A stretch of DNA of 64,000 nucleotides, taken from Nitrososphaeraceae archaeon. Its GTDB lineage: Archaea; Thermoproteota; Nitrososphaeria; Nitrososphaerales; Nitrososphaeraceae. The notes under the pieces are model-generated. The model searched no databases. It had not been told where the DNA came from and worked only from the letters and a program-made list of their open reading frames with translations. The number at the start of each line of letters is the position of its first letter. Within the stretch, counting starts at the first letter, position 1. This document shows, one piece after another, positions 63,197-64,000 of the stretch. The translations under genes were made by a program, and so were the position numbers. The stretch spans positions 1 to 64,000 of the forward strand of contig DATFEP010000012.1 of NCBI GenBank assembly GCA_035250975.1, in the 5' to 3' direction.

Positions 63197-63338
63197 GAGT
63201 AAGCAGTTTAGATTAATTTACATTTTTCAATAAATATCTTTCCCCACTCTAAATACGACAGACATTTAAAGTAAATTTATGTTAAAAATTTTGGCGTGTA
63301 TCACAAAGAATAATAATACATAGCGAGAAATAGTTGAT

Positions 63339-63959
63339 ATGAAAAAATATGAATTACCCCCATTACCATATAATTATGATGCACTAGAACCGTATATTGA
63401 TGCACGTACAATGGAAATACATTATACAAAACATCATCAGACATACACAGATAAGTTCAATGCAGCATTGGAAAGCTGTTCTACTGAAATTCAAGAAAAG
63501 GATATTGTTGAAATACTATCAAATCTTGAGTTAGTCCCGGCTAATCAGAAGAGCGCGATAAACTTTAATGGAGGAGGATATGACAACCATAGAATATTTT
63601 GGAATAACATGAAACCAAATGGTGGAGGTGAACCAGGAGGTTCATTAGCTGATGCGATAAATTCCTCATTTGGAAGTTTTTCTGAGTTTAAAGAAAAATT
63701 TTCATCCACTACGGTATTGATTCAAGGTAGCGGATGGGGCTGGCTTGTATATAATCCAGTCAATAAAAAAGTAGAGTACAAATCAATGCCGAATCAAACA
63801 AGCCCTAGAACAGAAGGTTTGATACCTCTCTTAGGATGCGATGTTTGGGAGCATGCATATTACCTGAAGTATCAGAACAGAAGACCAGAATATGTATCTA
63901 ATTGGTGGAACATAATAAATTGGGATGATGTCGGTCAGAGATTTAACGAAATGTCTTAA
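63339..63959 (+). CDS. sod: Fe/Mn superoxide dismutase
   Basis: LPY.YDALEP, H.TKHH, GSGWGWL, DVWEHAYY. Confidence 0.97.
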   Translation: MKKYELPPLPYNYDALEPYIDARTMEIHYTKHHQTYTDKFNAALESCSTEIQEKDIVEILSNLELVPANQKSAINFNGGGYDNHRIFWNNMKPNGGGEPGGSLADAINSSFGSFSEFKEKFSSTTVLIQGSGWGWLVYNPVNKKVEYKSMPNQTSPRTEGLIPLLGCDVWEHAYYLKYQNRRPEYVSNWWNIINWDDVGQRFNEMS

Positions 63960-64000
63960 AAGTTGTGTCAAGACTGATTAGAGAAATAACCATTTTATTT

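Noticed and set aside
1-64000. CRISPR arrays, tRNAs, transposases, integrases or proviral genes
   Set aside because: No spaced repeats, cloverleaf signatures or mobile-element motifs were seen by eye

Overview
AT-rich chromosomal segment of an ammonia-oxidising archaeon, most consistent with a low-GC member of the Nitrososphaeraceae (Nitrosocosmicus-like). This is inferred from gene content: TBP, Dph2, ABCE1, L32e/L19e, archaeal DnaG, ADP-forming 3-hydroxypropionate-CoA ligase, a stand-alone 5S rRNA and fragmented ribosomal operons. Bases 1-15.4 kb are accessory: an AsnB-like amidotransferase with a RutB-like cysteine hydrolase and an amidohydrolase, an MFS transporter, pdaD, DM13, a matrixin, a broken RTX-repeat gene and decayed relics. 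The rest is mostly housekeeping. Items missing from the ORF track are the SRP RNA (19524-19847, -), the 5S rRNA (48791-48905, -), a 50-aa C2H2 zinc-finger microprotein (56887-57039) and a 47-aa ORF. The best candidates for uncharacterised systems are: (i) two different AAA+/VWA chaperone pairs in tandem (37.4-43.8 kb) with no evident client, next to a transketolase-epimerase fusion operon; (ii) an HTH regulator divergent from glmS with a perfect 7-5-7 palindrome just upstream of the glmS start; (iii) the amide-nitrogen gene set at 0.6-4.8 kb. No tRNA, CRISPR array or intact mobile element was seen. All calls come from motif recognition by eye; no searches were run.
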